From an uncultured Nitrososphaeraceae archaeon (GTDB taxonomy: Archaea > Thermoproteota > Nitrososphaeria > Nitrososphaerales > Nitrososphaeraceae): a DNA stretch of 64,000 nt. Location: the NCBI GenBank assembly GCA_963825865.1, contig CAWGVG010000008.1, positions 32,001 through 96,000 of the forward strand, in the 5' to 3' direction. This document shows, piece after piece, positions 23,819 through 36,208 of the stretch (within the stretch, counting starts at the first letter, position 1; each line of letters starts with the position of its first letter). The notes under the pieces were generated by a model. That model was not told the origin of the DNA, did no database searches, and saw nothing but the letters and a program-made list of their open reading frames with translations. A program made the translations under genes and the position numbers.

Positions 23819-24755
23819 TTATTGAATCCTTTGTCTTTGTCTTGTACGCTCAATTAGATTCATCAACTGATAGCCATACTCAAGGTTATGCTTAACATGA
23901 TTAATACCATGTGAAGCATCAGGTATGAATTTATTGTCAAGAATATTTTCAATATAGGTTCGAGCTCTTATTATAGAGTTAGCAGCCCGTGTAAGTTGAT
24001 GAGATTTAAGCTTTCTTCCTAGCTCTATTTGTATTTCTTTTTTAAATTGTTCTTGTGAGCCTTCTTCTTTTTTTGTTATTAGTTTGCTATAGTGCTGTAA
24101 TCTACTATAGTTGCGGCATAATCACTTATCTTCCTTAGGTCTAAATCTTGCAATTTCGCAAGTGATTCTTGTATCTCTTTTCTTTCTCTATTTGTTATTT
24201 GGGAAAGACTTTCAACAAGGTCATTCTTTGATAGTAGGATTTTCTCCTTATGTATAGCGGCGCCTGTAGTTGCTGTTGCTGATGGTTCTTCGGCCATTGT
24301 TGTTTGCTGTTGCTTCTTTCTTGATTGATAGTATCTCTCAATATCAATAAGATTTACTTTTATACCTTTAGTCGGTTAATAATAGACATAATATCTACGA
24401 TAATCCCTGGATAATTTAGCTTTAAAATATCACTAACGCTTTCATAGTTTTCCATAATATCTCTATAAATCTTGAAAATTAAATTGTCTATTATTCCTGA
24501 ACTCATTCTTTTGTCTTCTATACCTTTTGCAGATAACGTCAGAAAGTCAGACAATTGTGATTGAGTAAAGACATAGGAAGTTAGTGAGGAATATGCATTT
24601 GCTATAATCCTCATAGCACTAATCCATTCATTACTGACATTTGTAGAATCCAATCGATCTTTTTGTACAAGTTCCAATGCATTCCTATAAATTTCGTTAT
24701 CTTTTTCTATCTTTAATATATTAAGACAATAAAGTAGCGTTTCCATGAGTGACAT
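23819..24755 (-). CDS. Helical hypothetical protein ending in an HD-like HGxxH motif (two frameshifts)
   Basis: ORFs 24360..24755 and 24079..24297 plus ..PDASHGINHVKHNLEYGYQLM..* join with single-base corrections. Confidence 0.5.
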
Positions 24756-24831
24756 ACCTCAATAATATATGATATTCAGACCTTTATCCTTCGAATACAA
24801 ATGTCTTTGATTATAGTAGTATGCTACTTTT

Positions 24832-25270
24832 CTAATCATATGTCCTAGAACTACCTTCTTTCTTAGTTAATGGTGAAATTGACACTCCTGTAGCATAATT
24901 GAGGGGGTGATGGCACTTACAGTTATGATTACCATAACCATGTACTGAAAATTTATGATGGCATGTACCGATAGCTGCAGATTGGTTCGGTTTGTTGACC
25001 ATATACATCAATAACTTTTGTTTGCTGGTGTTGCAATGATGATGGTGATGATTGTTCTACTATTTTTGTAACAGTCTGTGGATATTTCTCTAAAAATCCA
25101 GAGTGAGCAGTAGTTGATAAGGGCTGTGATTCAACTTTCTCCAATTCCTCTTTCTGCCAGTGGCAGCTGTAACAATACCCGCACTTGACGCATGTAAATT
25201 GTGTTCTAATTTTACAAGAAATGCATTCTTTGTAAGTTGCTACAAGAGTATCTCTTAGATAATTATGCAA
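24832..25270 (-). CDS. Cys/His-rich zinc-binding protein
   Basis: CxxC x3, then ICSYRTCHHKFSVHG..CKCHHPLNYATG after fixing +1 at GTAC 24965. Confidence 0.6.
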
Positions 25271-25683
25271 AATATGACTATGCTCCTGATTACTTATTTT
25301 GCATCACCATCCACTACTAAACTTACAATCCGCGCTCCTACAGATTTTGGTTGATTCGAAGCTCTGCTGTATAACCACTTTCTGGTCTTACTTTGACTGC
25401 ATAAACTCTTACTGGAATATTGACCAGTACAACTACCAATACAATTATACTTCTTTTCCACGTATATAGAAAAGTAAGAGGCTCAGCCATTGCCGTCCTC
25501 CTGCTCGCTATCTACCTTTCTTAGCCCTTCAGGTCGATATGATAGACTTAAAATAATATACAAAGAAGTAAAAAAATAAAAGAATATACAATTGGAATAT
25601 CGATGAGATATGATCTCTATATATCGCGTTGTGATCTATACTTTTCATGTTGTAACCAATATTTGTAAAATCTAACAGCTCTG

Positions 25684-25936
25684 TCAATTCATTAAAAGCG
25701 ACAAGTTACATTCTTGACAAAAGTAGCACAGACTATCAAAATTAGAGGATAACACCATTATATCATAACAGCGAGGACATTCGATTTCCTGCTCTAGATC
25801 TTGGAGGATTTTCTTTTCTCCCTTGTCATCCTCAGTTTCTTTCTCATATTGCAAAAGGTTAGAATCGACTTGTTGCTGTTGTTGTTGTGGATGCTGCCAA
25901 TAGCAATTTCTTGCTCCTCATTTTTTTGACTAGCAT
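25684..25936 (-). CDS. Small zinc-ribbon protein
   Basis: IECPRCYDIMVLSSNFDSLCYFCQEC; +1 at GCAGC ~25895. Confidence 0.6.
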
Positions 25937-26115
25937 AGATCAGGTCGAGTTGCTATTATATCCTGAAACACCGTAAGGGGAGGGAGTCTCTATTTGTATT
26001 ATACCCAATCTACGATGTATATTACGATTCAAGTACCTCTCTCTCCCTGTCCCAAAGTCGACTTCCTCGGTTATATGCAAGACAAAGATAATGGATCAAG
26101 AGGTCAACAGTAGTC

Positions 26116-26395
26116 ATGTCTCATGTCAGTGATTTGCGGCTAGAGGACCTACCGGGTGTTGAACCATATTTGATAAATAAACTAAAAAGAGCTGGCATAC
26201 AATCAGTTTTAGACCTTGCTGTATCAATCCCCCATGAGCTTTCAGAAGGAGGAGGAGGCGGCTATATCGATGACAATAACATCGCTATTACATCTGACAT
26301 AGAGACAATATCACAACTTGTAAACAAGGCCAAAAAAGCCCTTATAGATTCTGGAGTCCTTAACAAGGAATTCTGCACGCGCTGAAGAGTTCCTT
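26116..26395 (+). pseudogene. RadA paralog, N-terminal HhH domain only
   Basis: LEDLPGV..KLKRAGIQSVLDLAV..KEFCTAEE; ATPase core absent. Confidence 0.7.
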
Positions 26396-26530
26396 CAGTT
26401 CCTTTTATTGGTGAAAACATATGCGCCATCTTCTGAGACGAAGCGCTGTGCCGTGGCAAGGCCTATGCCAGTGCTTCCTCCTGTGATGACTGCAACTTTT
26501 CCGTCAAGTCGTTTTGTAATTAATTCAGTT
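26396..26530 (-). pseudogene. SDR oxidoreductase N-terminal fragment
   Basis: [32 protein letters not shown]. Confidence 0.8.
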
Positions 26531-26535
26531 TGCGC

Positions 26536-28793
26536 TTATTCAGTTCTTATATTAGGTACGTATTTGCCAGTATGCTTCCAAATAAAGGAATCATGAGTAC
26601 TCTCACTATTTCTTACAGCCCAAAAATCATAATCTCCATACTTCCTATCTCCAAACTGGTTTAAAGTTGTATTGCCTGTGATTCCTTGATACGATTGAGC
26701 TATCTTCACAATTGTATTTTTCAAGTAATTAATATCATGTGTAGCTTTGGTATCATTCTCGGCTAGCGCTGCTACCCATAATGTATCATAGGCAACACTA
26801 GCATAAGATCTAGGTGTTCTTTCTATCTGTTCATGGATCTGAGCTTCTACATGTTTGAGCCTTTCGTCGTTATCATCTTCAACTGCGAAAATTGCAGTTG
26901 TAAAATTCGTCTTTACTGCAAATGCTGCAGCTTCGGAATTTCTTATAAGTTTGTTATTTAGTGATTCCTTGTCACTACCAAACCATTTTACTTTTGAAAG
27001 CGTAGGATGGTTTTGCGCTTGGATAAAAATAGGCGCAATTTCATCAAATGCTACAGAGTATACTCCAACCTTGTCTATACCATACTGAGATATAGCTTGG
27101 TTTACCTTCGAGTCCAAAGCCTTCAAATCTTGGTCCCAAACTATAAAGTTTATTCTATTAAGACTAGCAGCAAAATCACCCGTATTTGGTATATATCCAA
27201 CTCCATCAGCAACTTTGCCACCTAGCTCTTGAAGACTATGTTTTGTTGCTTTAACTAAATCATTTCCATAAACATCAGTCCTCCAAAACGGTATTACTAC
27301 TCTTATTCCATCAGCCATCATCAGCTTTGATATTGCTTGAGCTTGATGAGTGTCATCTGGCACAAATCTGAACACATTGTTTCCTTTTATAGCTAAAGAG
27401 GAAGCAGTACTTGATGGACTAATTAACACTATTCCATTTTTATCAGCATAGTCTTGAGTAGCTTTTAGATCTTCGCTTGTTGCAGGGCCGATAACTATGT
27501 TTATACCTTTTGCTGCTAAATGCTTTAGCTTTTCTAAGCTAACTGATGGATTTGTTTGTGTGTCTTCTATAATCAGCTCAATACCAATATTTGAATGGGT
27601 CTTGAAAAGATATTCATTGATATCTTTAGTTGCAATCTTTAGTGCCGCCCCCTCTGATTCACCCAAAGATGAAGATACACCCGTTAAGGGAAGAAGAGCA
27701 CCTATTTTCACTGTTTGCTGCTTTCAAAGCACCAGCCGGAGCTGGTAGTATTATCTCAGAATTTGGGTTAGAAAACAGGAAAAATGGTGAGGATGAATAT
27801 AAAGAGAAATAAACTCCAATTGCTACAGCAACAACTACTATAGTGGCTATAGCCATAAGCGCTATGTGGCTAATTTTCTTATGGGTTTTTTCTTCTGATT
27901 TATGCTTGTCAGTGTAGCCACCTCTCGGGGCAATAATTGATGTCTCTATTTGTTCTGACCTACGGCGTTCATCAATGCTTGGTTGACCGTGTGTTAGCAG
28001 AAATTTCACATACCATAATAATCCTGCAGCTATAACCAAATAATGGGCTGCAAAAAATATGGAAGATAACCAAAACTGCTCTACTATTGACGTGAGAACA
28101 ACGACTGCAAACCAACTATCAGATATAGCAATTAAAAATAAACCTAAGGATTCACATATCCAAGGTGTGAACCACAATGGCTCCTTTCTAAAGTTTAACA
28201 AAATTACTATTGCAGGAACCATTAATACTGCATCCATAATTGGGTAGGCGATTATGACTGCAAACATAGCAATACCCCTTGCAGAGGATAAAACAGATAG
28301 ACCTATGGTAAGAGCAATAATATATGTAAGAAATATTCCACAACCAATTATACTTGCGACTAGAATTTTACTGCTAAATTTGAATTTCTTATGGAATTCA
28401 ATGTATGTGGCATACAGATAATACGCAAGGAATCCATAAGCAGACAACCAGACAAAATCTGCTGGAGATGGAACAGGCGGGACTATTTCTAAGACAATCT
28501 CATATGTTGCCCATATAATGTCAGCACAAAGCCAAAGTGACAATCCTATTGCAAGAGCTAAATGACTTTTGTTATGATGGTCTTGTGGATGATGGCTGCG
28601 TTGCTCGCATATGTCTGTATACTACAAATATAGCGAGCGCGGCTGCAGTGGACGCATTAATGCCTATTATCCAACTTGAATAGAAAGCTTTTGTTTTTAT
28701 CTCAGCAAAATAAATGAACGAATCTGAAATAATAATGGCCAAAACTAACCCAAGGAAGAGGCTTTTTCTGGTAAGTTTTATATCACAATTCAC
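26536..28793 (-). CDS. Multi-TM membrane protein fused to a type I (branched-chain amino acid) substrate-binding domain, ~751 aa
   Basis: Three ORFs join after removing +1 at two GCAGC sites (~28605, ~27722); VKIGALLPLTG, VIGPATS, SPSSTA, FRFVPDD, AYD. Confidence 0.8.
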
Positions 28794-29159
28794 TACTCCA
28801 GCGGTCTACCAATGCTCATGCATGTCAATGTTGCAGGTAAAAGATATAAAATTTGTTATTTATGGAGTAAGCTTTGAACAATCGGACGTGAATACTCTTA
28901 TCACACAATATGAAACATTTGAAAAGAAAGAAATTTGTATTTAGTGTTGACATACGGCTGTATATCGAAATACAGCTTTGATACGGTAAATATTTTAATC
29001 TAACATCATTTTATGCTTTGTGTTGTATTATTCCATGTTGAGCTAACGTCATTTTTTGTATGGCTCCAAAAAAAGCCGTAACAATAGACTCCTACTGTTT
29101 CTTTTGCTCTCAATTGTGTGCGCATTTTCATTTGTTAGTATATAAAATGTTAAAATACT

Positions 29160-29225
29160 TTCTTTTGAACATAAAGGGAGTTAGTATATTGAAAGCTATA
29201 GGTTTAACCTTAAGTGAACAGAGCC
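29160..29225 (-). mobile_element. Solo IS6 left end with the first transposase codons
   Basis: GGCTCTGTTCAC end at 29225; ATG TTC AAA AGA at similar spacing to the intact IS6. Confidence 0.6.
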
Positions 29226-29292
29226 AAAATAGCCGCTGAAGAAGTGCTTAAGTCAATAGCTGAAGGTATCAATACCAGGCTCCTTTTGTATC

Positions 29293-29900
29293 TTGGACAT
29301 GACATCAAATTCTGACGTTTTTCTTGCAGATAAAGTAGGATTCTTCTTTGGTGCTGGAGCTTCTAAGGAATTCAGCATTCCTCAGATGACGAAACTAACT
29401 CTAGAGTTTTCTGAGCATATAAAGAAAGGACCTTCTGATCAGAGGAAACTATTTCTTGAGATTTATAATATGTTAGAAGGCATATATGGAAATAATAATG
29501 TCGACCTTGAGGCTATAATGTCAGTTATTGATGGTTTAAAAGAAAAAGAACACCTAAGAGAAAATGTTGGAGACCTAGGAGTTTTTTTCTCAGTCAGAAG
29601 GGAATTAATGATGCTCGAAAAAAAGTAAAGAAATATTCTGTTAGGGTGTTGAATGCGCTCGAAGATGCATTTAAGATGTTCATAAGAGATAAGGTTGTTT
29701 TACATACTCAAGGGATAGATCGACTTAGAGAAGTATATCATGATTTTTTTAGGCAATTATCCAACGTGACATACCCTAGCATAACAAAACCGGAATCCAA
29801 TCCACAGCTTTATGTTAATGAGAAGCGCGTCTTTTTTACAACGAACTATGATAACGCTATTGAAGATTATTGGGTAAACTTCAGAAAATACAATTTGGAC
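29293..29900 (+). pseudogene. SIR2-family protein, N-terminal half
   Basis: GFFFGAGASKEFSIP and FFTTNYDNAIE; no downstream KLHG motif. Confidence 0.85.
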
Positions 29901-30113
29901 CAGGGCAGCTAAAGACAGAATTGAAGCAGAACGACTAAAGATTGAAGCAAGCATTGCTATCGCAAAATTGGAAGTGGAGGGCACCACAATCACACAGGTT
30001 AACCAATATGGACATGAAGACAAAGATACAGCTGCAACAATCTTAACTTAATTGAAAACTAGTTTAAGAAGCTCTGGAAAAGACAACATTAGAAGTAATT
30101 TTATCTGGTATTA
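29901..30113 (+). pseudogene. C-terminal fragment of the TerS-like family
   Basis: KDRIEAERLKIEASIAIAKLEVEG, compare IATNIFRLEVEG of 8330..8743. Confidence 0.5.
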
Positions 30114-30114
30114 A

Positions 30115-30429
30115 AATCATGAGTATGAATGGATTGAAGAATCACATCTTGAATCAAAAAACGTAGTAATAAACGTTAAATGTGGCATTCACACCGGTGA
30201 TTCATTATTTGGTATACTGGAAACGGATTATAGAAACCAAATAACTGTGATAGGACAGACGGTAAATTTCGCAAGTAGATTAGAAGGTAAGGCGGAAAAC
30301 GATCAAATTCTGATCTCTGGTCAAACCAAAGAAAAGGTTGAAGGTATATTCACTTTCAATGAAAAAGTAGTTGAGATCCAATCATGGGGAAAAGTTAAAG
30401 TCTATTTTGTAACTGGTAAGAAAAAGTAG
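30115..30429 (+). pseudogene. Class III nucleotide cyclase C-terminal fragment
   Basis: VKCGIHTG..TVIGQTVNFASRLEG..QILIS. Confidence 0.8.
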
Positions 30430-30918
30430 CTGACAGTCTTAGAACTTCACTTGGTGTTTTGTAATATCAAATTTATCGCTCCTCTGATCCCTATGACTTA
30501 CAAATGAACAGTTCATACGATTATTTCTAAATCTATCTATTTTGCGTTTTTGATAGAGATATGCTATTATAATGTCTTACAAAGGTTTGAATTCATTACA
30601 GTCTTTTTCTTATTTTTACCTTAATACTATTGCCTTCAACTTTAGTTTCATATGCTGGTTGATCATATGTCTTTATTGAGATATCGAGCTGACCTACCAC
30701 ATTCTTATAGCTATAAAGAGGAAATGCATAAAGCTTTCTTTTACATATAGGATTTTAGAGGGCAAAGGAACTATAGTGGATTTGCAACATACGTTGTGCG
30801 TGAAAATTGAAAGCTTCTACGAAGAAATTGATTATTACTATACAGCAAGGAGTTCCAAAAGAAGACTAAACAGATGAAAAAGAAGAATAATGAGCCAAAA
30901 ATGTTTTCTACTAAGAGC

Positions 30919-31583
30919 CTAAGACGAGACGCAATTTACATTGCCAGTAAATGTTGCTGTCTGACCATTAGCAGCTCTGAAATTTATTGTTACTCCTGTT
31001 CCACATTGTCCATTTATGGTAATAGCAGTAGGAAGAGTGGTGCTGACAAAACATAGGTTGTCAACTGTTTCTGTGCCTTGAACGGTGTAGCTGCCGGATT
31101 GAATATTTCCACTAGTAATAGAGCCTGACTTCAATAATGTACTATTTATGATGATTGTAAATGTTCCAGAGAATATGCCATTTTGTCGAGTGGCACTAAA
31201 TGTGATATCTCCAAGTCCACCGGTGGCACCCTGAGGACAGAAAACATTTTGTTGTAGGCCGTTACCAGTTCCCTGACCTGAAATTTCTATTGTTGTTTGC
31301 GCCTGTAGACCTTGTTCACAGATCGCGCTTGGATGAGTACATATCTTGTTTAATCTTGTTGTTCTACTAAATTATCAAATCCACTTTCTCTAGCATTTTG
31401 TCTGGCTGTCTGGTCGGTAACTGTATTTCCATTTCCATTATCTTGTGCTCCTTTCTTTATGTAAGCAAATGCTCCTGATGGTAGTGTCAAAATTGAGGAT
31501 GATGATACTACTAATGTTGATGCCGTTAACATAAGAACTACTACTGCTGATAAAGTAGTTCTCGTTGTAGTCATGTTGTTCAT
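30919..31583 (-). CDS. Secreted protein, paralog of 22122 with a different C-terminal beta domain (one frameshift)
   Basis: AFAY..NGNGNTVTDQ..SGFDN..ICTHP..CEQG, then ..GQCGTGVTINF..GNVNC. Confidence 0.7.
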
Positions 31584-31829
31584 ATTTATCAATATGATAT
31601 CATCTGTATATTTGACGGTTTTATCGATGTTGAAGATAAGAGAAAAGAGATTAGTAAGCGGCTTGGGGAAATTATAGAGAATGATCCTCATCTAAAAGAA
31701 ATAGCTTCAAAGCTCGAAGAGATGGCCAAGAAGGAGGTTTACGATAATTCTGCTAGTACTGCAATAAATGATGATGAGGAGTGAGTGCCTAGATTTTAAT
31801 GCAAAAGAGAAAATAACATTTGCAAGATT

Positions 31830-32859
31830 TCATGAGATTTTTAGCAACAGGAAAAATGATGATGATGACGAGGACGAAAGAGCTGTTCCAATAATGAAAA
31901 TAACTGAAAAAACAGAAAGTCCAGTTATAGCAACGAAAGCGAGATTACTGGACCAGGCTTTTCCCGTTCTGGTTGATTTATTAAATTCTGAGCTAGTAAT
32001 TCGTGCTGAACTGTCAAAATTATTCGAAGAAATGGTGTTACGATTTGCGGTCGTACGTGGTGTTACCAAATATACGATAGACCATAAAAGACCTGCTGCA
32101 ATGATCACACGACTAGCTGCCAAAGATCATTGCTGATGGCCACAATTCATTGGTCAATGACGTAACAACAAAGAGCTCAAACCAACTGTCTGCTATCACA
32201 ACCAGAAGGATCCCAGCCGACTTGCAGATCCATGGAGTGAACCATTGCGGTTCCTTCCGATAGTTTACCACGATCAGAAATGATGGCACCATGATGATTG
32301 CATCCAATACAGGGTATGCAACTATAATAGAAAGGATTGCTAAACCTCTTGACGATGAAATTTCTACGAGGCTCACGGTATATAATATTATAAAAAAGAG
32401 AAAAATACGTACTAGCAATTACAGCTGCTATCAATTGTTTTTTGCTGAAACGAAATACTTTGTAAAACCGAAGATACGTTGAAAACACATAAAATGACAA
32501 AAAAGCATATGCCGTTATAGACAATGCATCAGCCAGTGAAGGAACTGGCGGTACAGACTTCCAGAATGATTTCATACACTGCCCAAAGAATAGCCTGCAC
32601 ATAACGACAAGACCAGAGCTATCGCAAGGGCTAAGTCAGCTTTTTCAATAAATCCATTATGATGTTTCTGTAGATACAAGATTGCGATGGCAACCGAAGC
32701 GGCTACTGCCGCGGTAATATTAAGAATCCAGTGAGCATTATTCCCTCTGGCCTCTACTTTGGCGAAAAAAATGAGTGAGCTAGAGACTGTTGTTATTAGA
32801 ATAACGCCAAAAAATAAGATTCTCTTAGTAAATCCTATGCTCGATAGTATAGTAACCAT
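31830..32859 (-). pseudogene. Paralog of the 26536..28793 membrane domain, lacking the binding domain
   Basis: Four +1 insertions (two at GCAGC, two at GTAC) restore one frame; PPVPSLAD, AYPVLDA, EPQWFTPWIC. Confidence 0.75.
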
Positions 32860-32905
32860 TAATCAAGCACCAGACTCATGGGGGGACAGTATGGGTAAGT
32901 GTCAC

Positions 32906-33121
32906 TTAACAATCTTTCGCCGATCGGTTATGGGCCACACAAAAGAGCCAATAAGCAAATCCACTGGATATTCCTGATTTTAGCGTGAAGGAATAGCCAC
33001 ACTTTTGACATTTGACAGAATGGTCAGACTCGGATATCTGCAACGACTCTATGGCTTGTGATCGGTATCTATCCATTTCTTCGATCTCTTCTAAAGATGG
33101 AAGCTCAAGCGGGTTGTTCAA
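32906..33121 (-). CDS. Small hypothetical protein with CxxC
   Basis: VKCQKCGY; 71 aa. Confidence 0.4.
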   Translation of the reverse strand: MNNPLELPSLEEIEEMDRYRSQAIESLQISESDHSVKCQKCGYSFTLKSGISSGFAYWLFCVAHNRSAKDC

Positions 33122-33725
33122 TGTTACATCTATGTTATACTAATTAACATAAATTCGTGTATCATCTGAAGAGATGACTATGTCTAAATTGAAGCGTTTA
33201 GTTTTGTAATATTTTTTTTAACTAATCACAAGGCAATACTTTAGATGACTAACGACGATAAGTACGATACAACACAGATTGGATTTAATGTCATCTGGCA
33301 TACGTGTTGGAGCATGGTATTATCTGAAATGGGCAAATTTTAGACCTATTACCGGTAGATCTAAGCCTCTGCCATGGCAGCAGAACCCACAACGACAGAA
33401 TCGCCAAGTTCCATATCACCTTCATCACCAGGATCAATGACACCATCTTCAGGATCTTCACTGGAACCTGTACCTGGATTATTACCCATAACTACTAACA
33501 ACACTCAATGACCTAGGTAATTGTTACTGCTCTCTACTATGATCGCACTACAAACAACGGGGGTAGTAAATGGTCTTGCTATTATTCAGAATTTGCAACT
33601 ATTATTACTCTTCACCTTGCTCGACTTCATCTTGTAATACGTGGATTTGGTGAAAGAAATAGAGTTTCATAAACAAGAAGCAAAGGAGGAAGTGGTAGTT
33701 AAATAAAAAAAGAGAAAAAAGAATC

Positions 33726-34082
33726 TTGATAGTGGATGATGATCCTTATGTTACGATGAAATTAAAAACTGTTTTATACGAAATTGGCTTCAGAGTTAAT
33801 TCATTTAATGACCCTATTTTCGCATTGAAAAATTTTCATGCTGGTTCATATGATCTGTTGATTATCGACATTAATATGCCAAACATAAGTGGCTTTGACC
33901 TATATGAAAAAATAAGGGAGATAGATAACAAGGTAAAGATACGTTTTCTGATAACAGAAAGTGAAATAAACTTTGAAAAAGCATTTTACTTACCCAATTT
34001 AAATTGCTTTATTAAAAAACCAATAGAGAATGAAAAGCTAATAATAAAACAAGTAACTGAAATAATAGGTCAAAGTGAATAA
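33726..34082 (+). CDS. Single-domain response regulator
   Basis: IVDDD, IIDINMPNISG, KKP. Confidence 0.85.
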   Translation: MIVDDDPYVTMKLKTVLYEIGFRVNSFNDPIFALKNFHAGSYDLLIIDINMPNISGFDLYEKIREIDNKVKIRFLITESEINFEKAFYLPNLNCFIKKPIENEKLIIKQVTEIIGQSE

Positions 34083-34397
34083 CAACAACCACACAACAAA
34101 ACAATATGATTATCAGTCTAGGCTTTAGAAATTATAACAAAATATAAAAAATATAGACAGGGATGTCTATTATGCCTTCATGGCATTGCAGCACTAATTG
34201 TTCTTGTTATTTTTATTAGGCTAGGTAATTATCAACGCACTTTTGAGCTTTCTTTTTAGATATGTCATTTCCTCCATGATTGCCAATACATTTTAGTTCG
34301 TCTTCATACCTGTATTAGAAGTATCAATTAGTAAATTCTTCCAACTACCAAGAATTTTATCATATCGCATACTGCACTTTTATGTTAAAAGACTATA

Positions 34398-35129
34398 CTA
34401 TATATGCCTTAAAAGTAGCATCTTGTTGCTGCCTCGTTGAAATTCAAATGGTACCGGAACAATATGATATCCGATTCTAAGCTTTTCTAAAGCAAAAAGT
34501 AATTCAGTCATTTGCTCATAAGGTTGTAAACTAGATTTTTGTAAAGGGTAGATTCTAACTTCTTTTGAACTTACTCTGTATAATTCTAATATGGAAGATA
34601 AAATAAATGAAAAATCAAGTTTGTGGCTGTAAGTAAAGAGAAAATGTCCACTTAATACGAGATCGAAGCTTTTATCTTCAAACGGTAATTTCGGTAACTC
34701 TGCCTTTATGTAACGCTTTTCTTTAATTCCAGTAGGGTAATCTAACAAGAATTGCTGCAATGCTAGTTCTCTATACTCTCTTAATTTGTCAATTGAAGAA
34801 TAAAAGTCCCATTTGTAAAGGTCAGGATTTGTAGATACTCTTTGTATGATATATTCAATATCGTCCTGTCCCCCTTTAGACAATGTTTTTACATCCTTGT
34901 CAAACAAACGGTCGCAGCCAACTGCTCGGATTCCGTGTTTGCTATTAGCTTCTGCAACGAAAGAGGAAGCACCGGAAGGACAATCTAATACTGTATTGTA
35001 TCTTTTCAAGGAAGGAATATCATTAATGCCAAACATCAAAAGATATTCTGCTAATGTACGTCCATAAAATGCAATTCTATCTAATTTTAAGGGGTGATGA
35101 TCTAATTTGTTATTTGGCGCCTCGTCCAA
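34398..35129 (-). CDS. SAM-dependent methyltransferase-like protein
   Basis: VLDCPSGASSF, LPFEDKSFDLVLSGHFLF. Confidence 0.8.
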   Translation of the reverse strand: MDEAPNNKLDHHPLKLDRIAFYGRTLAEYLLMFGINDIPSLKRYNTVLDCPSGASSFVAEANSKHGIRAVGCDRLFDKDVKTLSKGGQDDIEYIIQRVSTNPDLYKWDFYSSIDKLREYRELALQQFLLDYPTGIKEKRYIKAELPKLPFEDKSFDLVLSGHFLFTYSHKLDFSFILSSILELYRVSSKEVRIYPLQKSSLQPYEQMTELLFALEKLRIGYHIVPVPFEFQRGSNKMLLLRHI

Positions 35130-35696
35130 TGGTTGGAGATTTATTACCGCTTACTACCATCACCAAATACTAATCCATCATCATCCTTACTGAAAAAGTT
35201 TACTTGTCATAGTTAATCCAAAAATTAATAGCACAAGTTAATAACCAAAACAACAAAATTGAGCAAGGTCAAAATTAGCCATCCGGATAATCGCCCATTT
35301 TATTGCTGTCCTAATAGTAAGAAGAAGGAACTTTAGGCAAAAGATGAAGAAGGTATGAATACTGATTGTCTATCATAAATGAAAGATTTATGCAAAAAGC
35401 ATTCTTATCAATATTATTGTTGATTATAGCTTCTATATCTTTGCTGTTGGCAACATATACATAATTATGAGTGTCAGTTTTTGGCAACATTATAATACAT
35501 ACCTATTTTCTCTTACCTGTCGATCTATTCTACAACTATCTATAGAAAGACACCGTAGTCTGTCAAAAAGAGATGATGGTGATGATAATGCAGGTAATTG
35601 TGATGAAACACCAGCTAGGTAGAGAGACATTTTGCCTCCTAAGAATTAGAAGCAGTTTCCCTCTCCACATCATAATTAAGAACAAATATGACAGCG

Positions 35697-36208
35697 CTAT
35701 CTTTTGGATTCACCATACTTTTCGTAGTAAACCAGTTCATGAATTGGCAGACGGTTCTTTCTCTTACCTGTCAACCTACTTGCAGGATATCCAAAGCCTA
35801 TTATGACTGAAGGACTCAGCTGCTTTGGAATCGCAAAGTCATCTCGAAGATTTTCTTCTCTTATTCCTGTAAACAGTCCTGAACCTACTCCATGATTCCA
35901 AGCGGTCAGTTGCATATTTTGAAGCACCCTTCCTGTATCAATTAAATGAAAACCATACTTGTGGGTTTGTTAATACTATTACTCGCAAAATTGGCACGTG
36001 CAACCCAGCTTCCACTTGTGCTATCTTCTGCCAGTTTCTTGAGATTGTCTTTTTTCTCCACCAATATAAATCGCCAGTGCTGAGTGTTCATACCAGTACC
36101 TGTTAGTCTGGCAGCTTCAAGTATCTTTGATCTAATTTCCAACGGGACATCCTGTATGCTGAATTCTCTTACTTCGAGCTTGGTTCCTATACATTCAAAG
36201 GCGTCCAT
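35697..36208 (-). CDS. Nitroreductase family protein (frameshifted)
   Basis: ILEAARLT..NTQHWRFI; DTGRVLQNMQLTAW..IGFGYP. Confidence 0.85.

Noticed and set aside
25677-25689. Further IS6-like ends (also near 5968 and 44707)
   Set aside because: They lack the terminal GG and have no transposase remnant; could be chance
20422-29900. Thoeris system (TIR + SIR2)
   Set aside because: The genes are 9 kb apart, both truncated, with no SLOG domain seen
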